Shown: positions 10,743-22,600 of the stretch, one piece after another
Layout: the number at the start of each line of letters is the position of its first letter
Numbering within the stretch: position 1 is the stretch's first letter
Origin: a virus
Direction: 5' to 3' (one strand)
Virus record (IMG/VR): IMGVR_UViG_3300009448_000011
Location: 1-64,000 of that record
DNA: 64,000 bases
Made by a program: the position numbers and the translations under genes
Notes under the pieces: model-generated
The model's database searches: none
Seen by the model: only the letters and a program-made list of their open reading frames with translations
Told to the model about the DNA's origin: nothing

Positions 10743-13700
10743 TGAGTATAACTACCTATAACATTAACAATTCGTTATCTAGATTTAAGTATAATAAAAA
10801 TTGGAATAAGATTTTATTTAAAGGTGACAAAAAACTGCAAACAACGGAAATTGAAGAAGTTCAAGATGTAATAAATAATCAAATACAAAAAGCATTTAGT
10901 TTTTTATATAATTTTTATACAATTATCAAAGGGTGTCAGGTAATAATAATTAAGGTTACTGAAACTACTTACGAATGTTTATTAACAGAAGGACAAGTTT
11001 ATTTAGAAATAAAAGAACAATATGGTTATTTTATTGATACAAAATCTATTAAGTTTACTATTGATAGAATAAATACTACAGAAATAGGAGTTGTTTTTAC
11101 TTTTAATACATTTAAAGATGAACCTGAATTAAGAAATAGTCATACAGGAGGAGCAGCGTTTGGAAGTGAAGGAAGCGGAAGATTAAATATAGAAAGTACT
11201 ATTATTATTTCGCCTAAAAATAATCCGTATGTGGGAGGATTTTATCCTATTGCTTTAATTAAACCGAAAACTATTTCATTTGTAAGTAATAATAATGATT
11301 TAAGCGATGGAGCGCCAGATATTCTTTACTATAGAAATGAAGAATTAACAAAATTATATAATGAAAAGAATTTATCTACTTATATAAAAAAATTAATTGA
11401 ATTAAGAATATATGAAACTACGGGAGATTTTGTAGCAGAAGGTTTAAATTGTTTTATAAATAGCAAAACTAATACATTATGTATTAGCCCAGGGATAGCG
11501 TATATTAATGGCATCAGGATAAAGACAAATTATAATACATATTATAGTTTAGACCCGGAAGAAATAAATACTAGTAGTTTAGGATTAAATAAACAATATT
11601 TATTTTATTTAACAGATAAAGGAATTTTTAGTTATAACGAAGCACCTAATAGTGAAAATAATTTATTAGAAACTCCTGCAAATTCTATTGCGCTATGTTA
11701 TTTACTATTATATAACCGAGATAATTTAATATTAGACTATTCATTAATAGAGGCCCCGACTAGATTGCCTTCTATTAATGAAATTCTTAATATGGATAGA
11801 TCTAATGAAGCTAATAATAAAGAATTAACTGAACTTATTTTAAAAGCCAATTTACTTAATTTAACTTCAAACTCTATTAATGAAGAATTAAACGGAATAT
11901 TCATAGATAGCTTTAATAATCTAGATAATAGTGATATATTTTTCCCTGAGTATAATGCTTCAATTTTACCTGCAATACAAGCAATCTCGTTACCTTTTAC
12001 TTCTTCTGTAAAAGATAATAGAAATTTTAATATTGATCAAAGTGGGAGCAATATTTTAATAGAAACCACTTTGAATGAAAATAATGAATTAGTTCCTTAT
12101 TTTGCAACCATACAAGGTACTGAAACTAAATTATTTAAAAGTCCTTCTAATATCACACAGAGTAGTTTAATTCCTGCTTTTGTTAATACAATACTTGTAA
12201 CAACGTCTCCTTCAATAATTTACAAATCAGATACATCTACTTTTGTAAATTACGCGCACCCTGATATTAAATTTTTAACAGGATTAGAAGTAGCGCCTAC
12301 TATACAAACGCCTTTTAATAATAATACATACACAAGAGTTGTTACAGTAGAAGGCAAAGGGTTTCCTTCCCTTCAAGATAATATAAAAATTCTTATTAAT
12401 AATATTGTTATTAATAATTTAAATATATTAAAAGGAACAGGAGGATCTATTAATGGAACAATCAAAGCTAATTTAAGTGGTAATGTTAAGTTTACGTTTG
12501 CTTTGCCTTTTATAAAAAACACAGACGTATTTATTGTTTCTTTATCTTATGGAAATGTAGAAGGAGCGGCTCAAATACAGGTAGTAGATCCAGAAAAAGA
12601 AAGAGTAGATAGAGAAAATACAGGAGTTTTTGTAAAAAATATTAATGAAAGATTTAATGTTATTAATTCAGGATTAAGTCAAATTATTCAAATAGTTTCG
12701 CCCATTCAAGTTAATGCTATTGAGTGCACTATATTAGATTATCCTTCTATTCAGGAAGGAGATCTACTTAATGTTCAAATATGTAGAGTAAACTCTTTAA
12801 ATATCCCTGTGGAATGCTTAGGGTATGGTACTATTTCTTTCAATGAAGTGAAACTTTTAACTTCAGAAACTTCTATTTTACCCTCTTCTATAATAAAATT
12901 AAATAAACCAGTTATTTTAGCTAGAGGTAAATATGGAATAGTATTTAATACGGGAATAGGAGGAGTAAAAATTGGAACAACGCAAGCATCAAATGGGAGA
13001 ATACAAGATGGAAGAAACTTTTTTAGTGATCCGTTAAAATTAGAAGTAATGCATTTTGAAGAAGGATGGTTTAAATCGACGTCAATAGACAATATTGCGT
13101 GTGATTTAATACTACACAATCCTGTAGGGTTTTTATCTTCTACGATTATAAATGTAGATACGGTAGAAGGAGAACCGTTTGATATGTTAGATTTAAATAT
13201 TTCTATTACTAATGATACAGAGACATATGTAAATGTATACGTATTAGATAATTTAAATAATTATCAAGTAGTAAAAAACGGGGCGTTCTTTTTTAAAGAA
13301 CCATTAACGTCTACAAAAATAAGAATAGATATGAAGGGAACAAATGTAACGCATCCTATTCTTAATTTAGATAATCTTAGTATTAACCTAATAAATACAA
13401 AAAAGGAAGCTAAGTGGATATCACGTAATCAAGAATACGAAAGTCCTTATACAAACCTTTCATTTTCTGTAGATGTTTATAAACCAAACGCGGCTGTTTA
13501 TAAATTTTATTTTAGTTCTAATAAAGGGGTATCTTGGCAAGAATTATTAAATCCTACTTTAGAGTTAATAAATGAAAATTTACCTTTACATAAGTATAGT
13601 TTCAAAGAAATTAATTTACCGTTCACTTCTATAAATTCAGAAATTAGGCAACGAACTAATTTAAGATATAAGATAGAAATAGAGATGGATAATTTAGAGG

Positions 13701-13744
13701 GGATATATCCTTTTTTTAAAAATATAGTATCAATAACTAGTTAA
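10742..13744 (+). CDS. Second DUF4815-like baseplate protein (paralog)
   Basis: KILF...LQTTEIEEVQ, YETTGDFVAEG, SPGIAYING; C-terminal domain homologous to that of 6183..10742. Confidence 0.7.
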   Translation: MSITTYNINNSLSRFKYNKNWNKILFKGDKKLQTTEIEEVQDVINNQIQKAFSFLYNFYTIIKGCQVIIIKVTETTYECLLTEGQVYLEIKEQYGYFIDTKSIKFTIDRINTTEIGVVFTFNTFKDEPELRNSHTGGAAFGSEGSGRLNIESTIIISPKNNPYVGGFYPIALIKPKTISFVSNNNDLSDGAPDILYYRNEELTKLYNEKNLSTYIKKLIELRIYETTGDFVAEGLNCFINSKTNTLCISPGIAYINGIRIKTNYNTYYSLDPEEINTSSLGLNKQYLFYLTDKGIFSYNEAPNSENNLLETPANSIALCYLLLYNRDNLILDYSLIEAPTRLPSINEILNMDRSNEANNKELTELILKANLLNLTSNSINEELNGIFIDSFNNLDNSDIFFPEYNASILPAIQAISLPFTSSVKDNRNFNIDQSGSNILIETTLNENNELVPYFATIQGTETKLFKSPSNITQSSLIPAFVNTILVTTSPSIIYKSDTSTFVNYAHPDIKFLTGLEVAPTIQTPFNNNTYTRVVTVEGKGFPSLQDNIKILINNIVINNLNILKGTGGSINGTIKANLSGNVKFTFALPFIKNTDVFIVSLSYGNVEGAAQIQVVDPEKERVDRENTGVFVKNINERFNVINSGLSQIIQIVSPIQVNAIECTILDYPSIQEGDLLNVQICRVNSLNIPVECLGYGTISFNEVKLLTSETSILPSSIIKLNKPVILARGKYGIVFNTGIGGVKIGTTQASNGRIQDGRNFFSDPLKLEVMHFEEGWFKSTSIDNIACDLILHNPVGFLSSTIINVDTVEGEPFDMLDLNISITNDTETYVNVYVLDNLNNYQVVKNGAFFFKEPLTSTKIRIDMKGTNVTHPILNLDNLSINLINTKKEAKWISRNQEYESPYTNLSFSVDVYKPNAAVYKFYFSSNKGVSWQELLNPTLELINENLPLHKYSFKEINLPFTSINSEIRQRTNLRYKIEIEMDNLEGIYPFFKNIVSITS

Positions 13745-13751
13745 TAATAAT

Positions 13752-13940
13752 ATGACAAATTTACCTACAAATACTTACTATCAAAATGGAATTCTTATTA
13801 ATGGAAATCATACCAGTAATAATATTAATGATAGAGTTAAACAATTAGAAAAAAAAGTAAATAATTTAATAGAGGAGTTAATTAATGTCAACAAGCGTCT
13901 TGATGAATTCAGTAATAGAGAAATTAACACAAAGACCTGA
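13752..13940 (+). CDS. Small coiled-coil hypothetical protein
   Basis: 62-aa ORF with heptad pattern. Confidence 0.5.
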   Translation: MTNLPTNTYYQNGILINGNHTSNNINDRVKQLEKKVNNLIEELINVNKRLDEFSNREINTKT

Positions 13941-14325
13941 AAAAACTACTCAACTTATTTTTAATTCTGATAATGCTTTAAAAAAACAAAAAGAATTAAA
14001 AACAAGAGTGACGTCTTTATACATAGACGAAAGTTCTTTTATAACACTAGCTGCTTTTTTTCAAAACATAGATATATCTATATTTACTGATGAAGAATTA
14101 AGGTTTCTTTTGTCTTTTAATTATTCAACAATTACAGCTATCAAAATATTGCCAAACGAAGCGTTAACTAATTTAAAAGTTCCTTATTATGATTTAAATA
14201 ATACAATAATTAATATGCCTTTTAATTTATTAAATAACTTAGGAAAAGATTTTAAAAAATTACATAGTATTAATAAAAGTTTAAGTTTAGAATATTTAAT
14301 TAGTTATTTAATAAGTCAAATCTAA
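13885..14325 (+). CDS. Hypothetical protein
   Basis: 146-aa ORF coupled to the next gene. Confidence 0.55.
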   Translation: MSTSVLMNSVIEKLTQRPEKTTQLIFNSDNALKKQKELKTRVTSLYIDESSFITLAAFFQNIDISIFTDEELRFLLSFNYSTITAIKILPNEALTNLKVPYYDLNNTIINMPFNLLNNLGKDFKKLHSINKSLSLEYLISYLISQI

Positions 14326-17288
14326 TGACCATTACGGAAAACCCCAAAACTCAAGAAAATATAGAAAAGAATACTTCTAAAATTGAAGAAGTAAAAGTTC
14401 AGTTAGAAAATGCAACCACTGCTGCGGATGCTTTGTTGCAAATATATAAAGAGGGGCAATCTAAAGTTAAAAAGTTAGGAGAAACACATGAAGGTATACA
14501 AATAGGGCCTTGGAAAAATTTAAATGATGGAGGTGTAGGGGCTTCTAATAATAATATTTTTGTATTTATACAAGCACCTCCTATGTCTAATGTATATAAT
14601 AATACCTCTGAAATAATTAAAAAAAATAACCTAGTAACATCAGGCCCTAAAACAAAGAATTATTTTGAATTATTTACAACATACGCAGTGTCTATTGCTA
14701 ATATATTAAAACCTCAACTAACTGAAACTAAAACCCAATTAGCGGCAGCAAATGTAGCTAAGTTTCAACAAACCCTAATAGATGTAACTAAATTATTATT
14801 AGAAGAACATTCTATTGGAGTTCAAATAATTAAAGAAATTATAACTATTACTAATTCAGAAATTAATAAAACTGATAGCATTATTTATAAAGGAGAATTA
14901 GCTTATGGGCCTTTTAGTACTACAGAAATAGCTTTATTTACTTTACCGCAAGATTTATTAGATATATTGCCTATATGTAATAAAGCTATAGATCTTATTC
15001 GAGATTTAATTGTTAAATTAGATACACTACTTAATGTTTCTGAAGATATTTTAAAGAGAGCTATATTATCTAATGCAGGGTTAACTCAAAATACAGATGA
15101 TCCTAATACTTTTAATACAGTGTCTGTTGAAGAAAAAGATCCTTGGGGAATTAGATTTTCATATGTTAAAAGTATTACAGGGCAAGTATATGAACAAGAA
15201 CAACAAGTTATTAGGGGTAATAGTACCTTAACAGAAGATCAAGAAAAAGGAAATATTAAAACAGCAACAAAAGAAGATTTTCTTATAGAAAATAATCCAC
15301 AATTATTAAATAATACTATTCAGCAAAAAAGAAATTTTTATTTTCAATTATTACCCGCTATAAAATCAAACTTACCTGTTAGTGGCGGAACGGATGTTCC
15401 TGGGGCTATGCCTGGTATTCAATTTAGAATTGAGAATAATATTGTAAAACATAAAATACCTGGGTTTGCTCCAATTTACCAACCAATAGGTATTGATAGT
15501 ATTAAATGTACTTTAGTAGGTATGTTTAGTGGCAATGATGGAGTTGATATTTCTTCTGCTTATTCTGATGATATAAGTGCTGGATTATTATTAGATGGAA
15601 AAGAATTAACTTCCAGTCTTAAAACAGGAACTAATTTAGAACAATCCACAGGCAATACTTCTAACCCCAATTTTGATAAAGTTGGTACTGATAGTAGTGG
15701 ATTACCTATTCCTTCTACTTACAAAAGCACTACTTCTTCTAATGTAGCTGTTTTATCCGAAGACGCTTTTAAAGGTGCACAAGATTTTTATAATGAAATA
15801 GTTCTTTCAGGTCGCGAAGTTGAAATAGAATTAAATCTAAGAAAAAGTTCAGGTGCTTTAGAAGGCGGGGGCGGCTCTCCAGGTCCTTTTAGAGATCCTG
15901 AAACAGGTAATCCTAAATTTAATGGTTTAATTAAACGATTAGATTTATATTACGTAAGAAGGGATAGATGTTGGTTTATTATTGATTTAGAAATAACTAA
16001 TTCTGGGTTAATAGGAACGGAATGTATTAACTTAACAAATATAATAGAAGAAGCAACTGAGTTATTTGAAAGTGTAGTAGTTCAAGAAGAATTAACTAGA
16101 GCAGAATTAGATGCATGTTTTACAAATCCTGTAACATTTAATTATAAAAAAGAAAAGGCAGGACTAGCTTTAGTAGTAGATATGAATAGTGGGTTAAGTT
16201 ATGAATACTTTATAGCAGATGATTCATTAAATAAAGGAACATATCCTACTTCTTTATTAAATACACTTAATATAATAGGAACTCAATATGATCAGCTTAC
16301 ACTTACCTCTAAATCTTTTGGGGCACATAAAAAAACAACTACATTTAATTACTTAATAGATATTATAATTACAGCTACTGTTGAAATAAAAGGTCAAACA
16401 GAAATAAAAGGATTTACATGGGCGACTAATAAAATACCTATTAAGGGTAAAGGGGGGTTTGCTAGATATAATAAAAATAATAAATTATTTTATAGAACAG
16501 ATAGTAAAGGAAACATAAAAGATAAAAATCCTTTAGGAAATTTAAAAAGCATATTTTCTCTAATACATTATAGGGAAGCCTCTGATTCACAAGAGGGTAT
16601 TGATTTTCTTTTAAATGAATATTTAAGTTTAGTTACTCCTAAAAAAGAATTTTGCACAACTGAATCAGTAAAAAAAGAAGGTACAGATATAGATACTGTT
16701 ACTAATGAAACAAAGTCAAAGACACCTTTTTTAGATCAAAATTCTATTCAACAAGAAGACGTTGATACAAATGAAGTGCCTATAAAAGAAGAAACAGGAA
16801 TGACTTTTACAGTGTCTTCAAAAACATCAACAGTACTAGATACAAATCCTCTTGTTTCTTTCACTGAAGAAGAGCAAAAAATAAAGATTGCAAAAATTGC
16901 CACTTCTTATGCTTTTGTAAATACAGAATTTATAAAATATTTACAAATTTTAGCTAATCAAGAAACTGAAAATCGAAAAAACCTTCATTTTCGAGTAGAA
17001 CAATTTTATCAATCTGTTAGAGAATCTTCCTTACGTATAGTAGGATTAGAGAATATTTCATTACAAGATTATATTCGTATAAAACCAGGAAGTTTAACAG
17101 CAAGTGCTATTAATTTAGATTATATAAATATATCTGCACAAATAGAAATTCTCAAACCTCCTATTAAAGTAATTACTTCAAAAGGAGAACAAGCTTTAAA
17201 TCCAAATATACATACTATTTCTTGTAAAGCTTATACGACAACGTCTTCCGTATATTTAATTACAGATTACCAATTTAACGGTTTATAA
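14325..17288 (+). CDS. Large hypothetical virion protein, possibly with tail-tube initiator/baseplate-hub-like domain
   Basis: 987 aa; segment KHKIPGFAPIYQPIG..SIKCTLVGMF loosely resembles tube-initiator-type folds; lies in the structural module. Confidence 0.45.
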   Translation: MTITENPKTQENIEKNTSKIEEVKVQLENATTAADALLQIYKEGQSKVKKLGETHEGIQIGPWKNLNDGGVGASNNNIFVFIQAPPMSNVYNNTSEIIKKNNLVTSGPKTKNYFELFTTYAVSIANILKPQLTETKTQLAAANVAKFQQTLIDVTKLLLEEHSIGVQIIKEIITITNSEINKTDSIIYKGELAYGPFSTTEIALFTLPQDLLDILPICNKAIDLIRDLIVKLDTLLNVSEDILKRAILSNAGLTQNTDDPNTFNTVSVEEKDPWGIRFSYVKSITGQVYEQEQQVIRGNSTLTEDQEKGNIKTATKEDFLIENNPQLLNNTIQQKRNFYFQLLPAIKSNLPVSGGTDVPGAMPGIQFRIENNIVKHKIPGFAPIYQPIGIDSIKCTLVGMFSGNDGVDISSAYSDDISAGLLLDGKELTSSLKTGTNLEQSTGNTSNPNFDKVGTDSSGLPIPSTYKSTTSSNVAVLSEDAFKGAQDFYNEIVLSGREVEIELNLRKSSGALEGGGGSPGPFRDPETGNPKFNGLIKRLDLYYVRRDRCWFIIDLEITNSGLIGTECINLTNIIEEATELFESVVVQEELTRAELDACFTNPVTFNYKKEKAGLALVVDMNSGLSYEYFIADDSLNKGTYPTSLLNTLNIIGTQYDQLTLTSKSFGAHKKTTTFNYLIDIIITATVEIKGQTEIKGFTWATNKIPIKGKGGFARYNKNNKLFYRTDSKGNIKDKNPLGNLKSIFSLIHYREASDSQEGIDFLLNEYLSLVTPKKEFCTTESVKKEGTDIDTVTNETKSKTPFLDQNSIQQEDVDTNEVPIKEETGMTFTVSSKTSTVLDTNPLVSFTEEEQKIKIAKIATSYAFVNTEFIKYLQILANQETENRKNLHFRVEQFYQSVRESSLRIVGLENISLQDYIRIKPGSLTASAINLDYINISAQIEILKPPIKVITSKGEQALNPNIHTISCKAYTTTSSVYLITDYQFNGL

Positions 17289-17293
17289 TTAGG

Positions 17294-18250
17294 ATGATAA
17301 ATAATTATTTAGATTTAATTTTTCAACAACGAAATAAAAATCCTTTATACCAAAAAGATTATAGATTAATTTATTTATCATCTAGGCTTAATAGTTTAGA
17401 CGAATTAAATAAATTAAAACAATGGCCTAATATAAAATTTACAAATGTAGTATATAGACCTACTTCGTTATACAAAGATGTAAAAGACAATTATTACTAT
17501 GAATTAATAGATACAGGAATAACAAGTAATACTACATTTGAAGAATGGAAATTCTTTTATATTCCGCTTAGTAAGTATAATGACTTAATTAATATATATC
17601 CTAATATATTGCCGACATATCAATATTATGATATAAAGCAAGCAAGTAATATATTAATACAAACAATTAGTTATCAAATACTGATACCGTATTCGCGGCC
17701 AAATATTCATTATTATAAGACGAGTAATGAAAAAAATAAACATCCACTGGCATCTTTATTTAGATTCACAGGATATAGTTTTTTAGGGCCAACAGGAGAT
17801 ATGTTGTATGAATATATAGATACAAGTACGTATTGTGATGATGAAACAGTGACATATTACTCAAATATGAGACCGTTATATTTTCACAATGATAGTTATG
17901 TAATAAGTACGTATGCACTACAAAATGAAAATAGTTTATTTTCTCAGAAATATAATCCGCCGTCGAAAGCAGAATTATATTTAGGAATAATAGAAGAATT
18001 ACAATTCACGGGTAAGGTTACAACAAAAGATTTTTCTTCTATTAAAAAATGGTATGAATATAATATTATAGAAACGAGCCAACAAGTTGGTAAAATTTTA
18101 CTAACCTCAGCTCCTACAAATCTATCATTAGATTTTGTTAAATTACAATTAAATAATACTGATATAGGGTTTAAGTTTAACCTAACATTTAATACAAGCT
18201 ATATTAGTATTAATCAAACAAGTTCAAATAATAAAATAATATTAACTTAA
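17294..18250 (+). CDS. Hypothetical protein
   Basis: 318-aa ORF in co-oriented operon. Confidence 0.6.
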   Translation: MINNYLDLIFQQRNKNPLYQKDYRLIYLSSRLNSLDELNKLKQWPNIKFTNVVYRPTSLYKDVKDNYYYELIDTGITSNTTFEEWKFFYIPLSKYNDLINIYPNILPTYQYYDIKQASNILIQTISYQILIPYSRPNIHYYKTSNEKNKHPLASLFRFTGYSFLGPTGDMLYEYIDTSTYCDDETVTYYSNMRPLYFHNDSYVISTYALQNENSLFSQKYNPPSKAELYLGIIEELQFTGKVTTKDFSSIKKWYEYNIIETSQQVGKILLTSAPTNLSLDFVKLQLNNTDIGFKFNLTFNTSYISINQTSSNNKIILT

Positions 18251-18251
18251 C

Positions 18252-18767
18252 ATGATACCAACATATACATATGCGATTAAAGAGAAATTACTTGTAGATT
18301 ATTTAGGTAGTAATTTAATTATTGCCTTAATATCTAATATTAATTTAGGAATAACAGACACTCCTAATGCCGCCCAATTAGAAGCTCGAAGAAATTATGC
18401 TACGTCTAATTTAATTAATGAAGAAATTGGCAATGTAAGCTTAAAAGGATATAAACGGCATCTTATTCCAAATAATACAATTGTTACTCAAGTAATTTCT
18501 TCTAATCAAACAGAAACTACTTTAAACGCATCGTTTACTGCTTTTGGAGATAATTTTGATCCTTTTACTCATATTGTAGTATTAAGAGGGGCCAACATAA
18601 CAGGAGCTTCTACTAGTAATGGAAATAATAGAGGAGACATAGTAGGAACAATTATTTTCATCGAGCCAGTAAATAATGTATTAGCCCCTTTTACGCCATA
18701 TACATTATTAGAAGGAAGCACTTTTAACTATACTTTTAAGTTAGTTAATGCGACCCAAGTCATATGA
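18252..18767 (+). CDS. Hypothetical structural protein
   Basis: 171-aa ORF in operon. Confidence 0.6.
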   Translation: MIPTYTYAIKEKLLVDYLGSNLIIALISNINLGITDTPNAAQLEARRNYATSNLINEEIGNVSLKGYKRHLIPNNTIVTQVISSNQTETTLNASFTAFGDNFDPFTHIVVLRGANITGASTSNGNNRGDIVGTIIFIEPVNNVLAPFTPYTLLEGSTFNYTFKLVNATQVI

Positions 18768-19648
18768 TTAAATTACAATTAATTAAAGAATTAAAAAGAA
18801 GAGTTCCTTGGATTCTAACTACATATGGAGGAGTAGAAACCTTTATTAGTTACGTTAAAGAATCTTTAAAAATAAGTAGAAATGAAACTTTTAAATCATT
18901 AACTCCTTCTCAAAAAGTAGAGTTATTTAATTTTTTAAATTTAATTTTAAAATATGAAAATGATATTTTACTTCTTTCTCCTTGGAATTTATTTATAGAC
19001 TTAAGATTAGGTATAAATTCCAATAAGTCTATAAATATTGAAGAACCTTATCAAGTATTTAATTTAAACGGTGATTTATTATATACAGTTAGATCACATT
19101 TAGGAGTTTTTGGAGAAAGCAGATTAGATAAAAACTTAATTTTAAATTCTGTAAATACTAGTGGTTACTTTTTGAAATATAAAAATTACCTAGGGCAGCC
19201 TAATATTAAATTTTTATTAATAAATCTTCATTCTAAAAATTCAACAGTATCAAATCAAGATTTTAGAATATTGGAAGAAAATACTATTAGTAATTTATCA
19301 ATTATTAATAATACAGGAAGATCTATCCCTATATTTAAAACAGATAGTACTTTAAATACATCTTCTAATTTTATATATAATAGACCAGAAAATCTTCAAA
19401 TTATTAAAAATAATGATATGTTTACATTTAATGTAACTAATTCTTGTTATTTATTAATAGAAGAGTTTGTAACTTTAACGCAAACAAAAATAACTTATCC
19501 AGACAGCAATATAGTTTTTATAAAAGATGCAAGTTCTCCTATTTTTGTAGGAAGTAATATTGATGTTACGTTACTAAATAGAATGTTTAATACAGTAGTA
19601 CAATATAGTAATAAACCATTAGATGATGTAATTACATTAACGTCTTAA
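18764..19648 (+). CDS. Hypothetical protein
   Basis: 294-aa ORF, ATGA overlap with the previous gene. Confidence 0.6.
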   Translation: MIKLQLIKELKRRVPWILTTYGGVETFISYVKESLKISRNETFKSLTPSQKVELFNFLNLILKYENDILLLSPWNLFIDLRLGINSNKSINIEEPYQVFNLNGDLLYTVRSHLGVFGESRLDKNLILNSVNTSGYFLKYKNYLGQPNIKFLLINLHSKNSTVSNQDFRILEENTISNLSIINNTGRSIPIFKTDSTLNTSSNFIYNRPENLQIIKNNDMFTFNVTNSCYLLIEEFVTLTQTKITYPDSNIVFIKDASSPIFVGSNIDVTLLNRMFNTVVQYSNKPLDDVITLTS

Positions 19649-19654
19649 CTATTT

Positions 19655-22600
19655 ATGAATAAATCTAATAACAATCCTAACGAACATTTTTTTAACGATT
19701 TTATTAATGAAATGACGGCGGCAAATCTACAATCACAAGGCAACATGTCTATAATTGAATTTGCTAACAGAATTATTTTTAATAATGATCCTGACTTTCA
19801 ACTTTTTCCAACACAAAAAGCAATATTAAAATCATTTTATAAAGAACCTTTAACTCAACAAGAACAAGATATTTTAGTTGATTGGGTAAAAGAAGAACGT
19901 TCTACTTGGGTTCATGATAGAAAATATATTTCTTTAGTTTTAGAAGCTGGTAGACGCGCAAGTAAAGCACTTGATTTAAATACGCTAATTGAGACTCCTG
20001 AAGGAACTAAAAAATTTAGAAATATTAAAAAAGGAGATTATGTATTTGGGGTTAAGGGAACTCCTGTTAAAGTATTAGAGGAAACTGAAATATTTCATAA
20101 TCATAATATATATGAATTAACGTTTGATGATGGTTCTAAGGTGAAATGTGATGAGGGTCATCTATGGAAAACTAAGGACAACGCTTCTAAAAAAATAGGT
20201 AATTCTACAATAAAAACAACTAAAGAAATAGTTAATAGTTTATTTATAAAAAGAAAAGACGGGACATTAGAACCTAATCATAGTATTGAATTAGCAAAAC
20301 CTTTAAAATACTCAAAACAATCTTTATTAATACATCCTTGGGTACTAGGAGTTTGGTTAGGAAATGGAACTTCTCGCAAAGGGGAAATTACAGCTAGTAA
20401 AGAAGATATTTATTTTATAATGAATAAATTTAATAAACTAGGTTACTACGTTACAGGGGAATCTAGTAATGATTATACATATAAATTTTATTCTGAAAGA
20501 TTAAATAAAGAATTACAGCAATTAAATTTATTAAAAAATAAACATATTCCTACTAAATATCTTTATTCTTCTTTAGCACAACGCATTCATTTATTAAAAG
20601 GATTAATGGATACTGACGGAACAGTATCTAAAAAAGGTAAAACGACTTTTATAAATACCAATTTTAATTTAACAGAAAGCGTGTTTAAACTTGCCGTATC
20701 TTTAGGGGCTTATGCAACTAGAGCTAAATATCCAAGCAGTTATATTACAAATAATACTAAAACATCTTCAAAAATCTATGAAGAAATAAGCTTAAGATCT
20801 GATATTTTTCCTATATCTGTACCAAGAAAGATAAAAAGATATACACCTTGTACAACTGACAATAACAAAAGATTTATTACATCTGCAATTTTAATACCTA
20901 CCTTACCTGTTAAGTGCATCACTGTTGAAGGTGGTTTATTTTTAATAAGTAATAATATTATTACTCATAATTGTAATTCTTCTTCCGCAATTATTGCTAC
21001 TACTAAAGGTGATATTACTTATGGTGAATTACATGAATTACTTTCTAAAAAACAAAAAGTAGGTATTTATACTTATGATTTTAGTAAAAATATAGTTAAA
21101 AGTTTTTTGACGTATGATATTAAAAGTGAGTTAAATGCAGTAGAGCAAACATATTTAGTAAGAACAGAAACAGGAAAAGTAGAAATAGTAAATGAGAATC
21201 ATCCTTTTCTTACATGGGGAGGAAAAAATAAACCTGTTCCATATTGGAAACAATTAAAAGATCTAAAAAAAGGAGACTTAATTGCAACATCTACGCATCT
21301 ACCTTTATTTGGGACCCACAAATTAGACAAAGACTATTTAGAAATAATAGCAATTGCGTTAACTGCGTATTCTCTGGAAGCAAATCCTCAAGGTAAAAAA
21401 GATTTTATACCTAAAATTGTTAAGTATTTTAATATAGGTATTATAAAGAAGGATAAATTTAAAGAGACACTACGTTCTTATTTAAAAAACGTAATTGACA
21501 GTCTTAGTACAGAATTATTAGGAAGTTTAGATAAAGAAAGTTTGCATACTTTATTATTTTATATTTTAAAATATGGAAGAATGCTTATGGATGAAACTGC
21601 ATTCAGAGAGAATGATGGATACAATCAAACGTTATGTATAAAGATTAGATTAGAAAAATTTGTAGGACTAATTGCCCGTCAATTTTTAAAATTTGGAATC
21701 ACTACTGATTGTGTTCCTCAAGATAAATTCAAAAAGCAATTTTGGATATATAATACAGAGAGTATACACGTACTACTAGCCACGTTTGGGTATGACATAT
21801 TTAAAGGGGAAGAATTCATAAGAAAGAAATTATGTAAAAAGAACAAAAGTTTAGTTAGTAATGGATCAACAAAAGAAAATGTATTACCTAGGGGGATACC
21901 GCATAGTTGCAAAGGAACAAATGAACCTAGCAAAAGAGGTCACAAAAATATACTACAAAAGTATCATGAAGAAAATAATACGTTAACACTGCAATTATAT
22001 GATTGGTGTACTAATGAAATTAATTGGGAATATATAGGTGAAATCACGCCATATGCAATTGAACAAACTATTGCGTTAGAAGTAGCAGATACTCATGTAA
22101 TAGGAAATGGTATTATTTCACATAATTCTACAATGGCATCTATTATTGCTTTAAAAGAATTTTATGACTTAATAATTTTAGATAACCCTCATAAACAGTA
22201 TGGAATTTTAAGTGGATCTCCTATTGCTATATTAGTAATGGCTCAATCACAAGCTCAAGTAAAAGAAACAATATTTGCTGCTATTAGAGGTTACGCAAAT
22301 AATTCTAGATATTTTACTGCGTTACAAAATAAAGGCGAAATAGAAATATTATCTGAAGAAATTAGATGTTATAGCAAGAATGTATCTATCTTTGCAAAAC
22401 ATACTAATAGTAAATCGTTGGTAGGGTATACACTTAAATGTATGTTACTAGATGAAGTTGCTAGATTTGAGACAATAGGAGAAGAAGGTAAAAATAAAGC
22501 TTTTGAAATTTGGGAAAATATTGGTGCGGGGGGTTCTACTTTTGGGCATCATTTTAAAAAAGTGGCTATATCTTCTGCTTGGGAACCTAATGATCCTATA

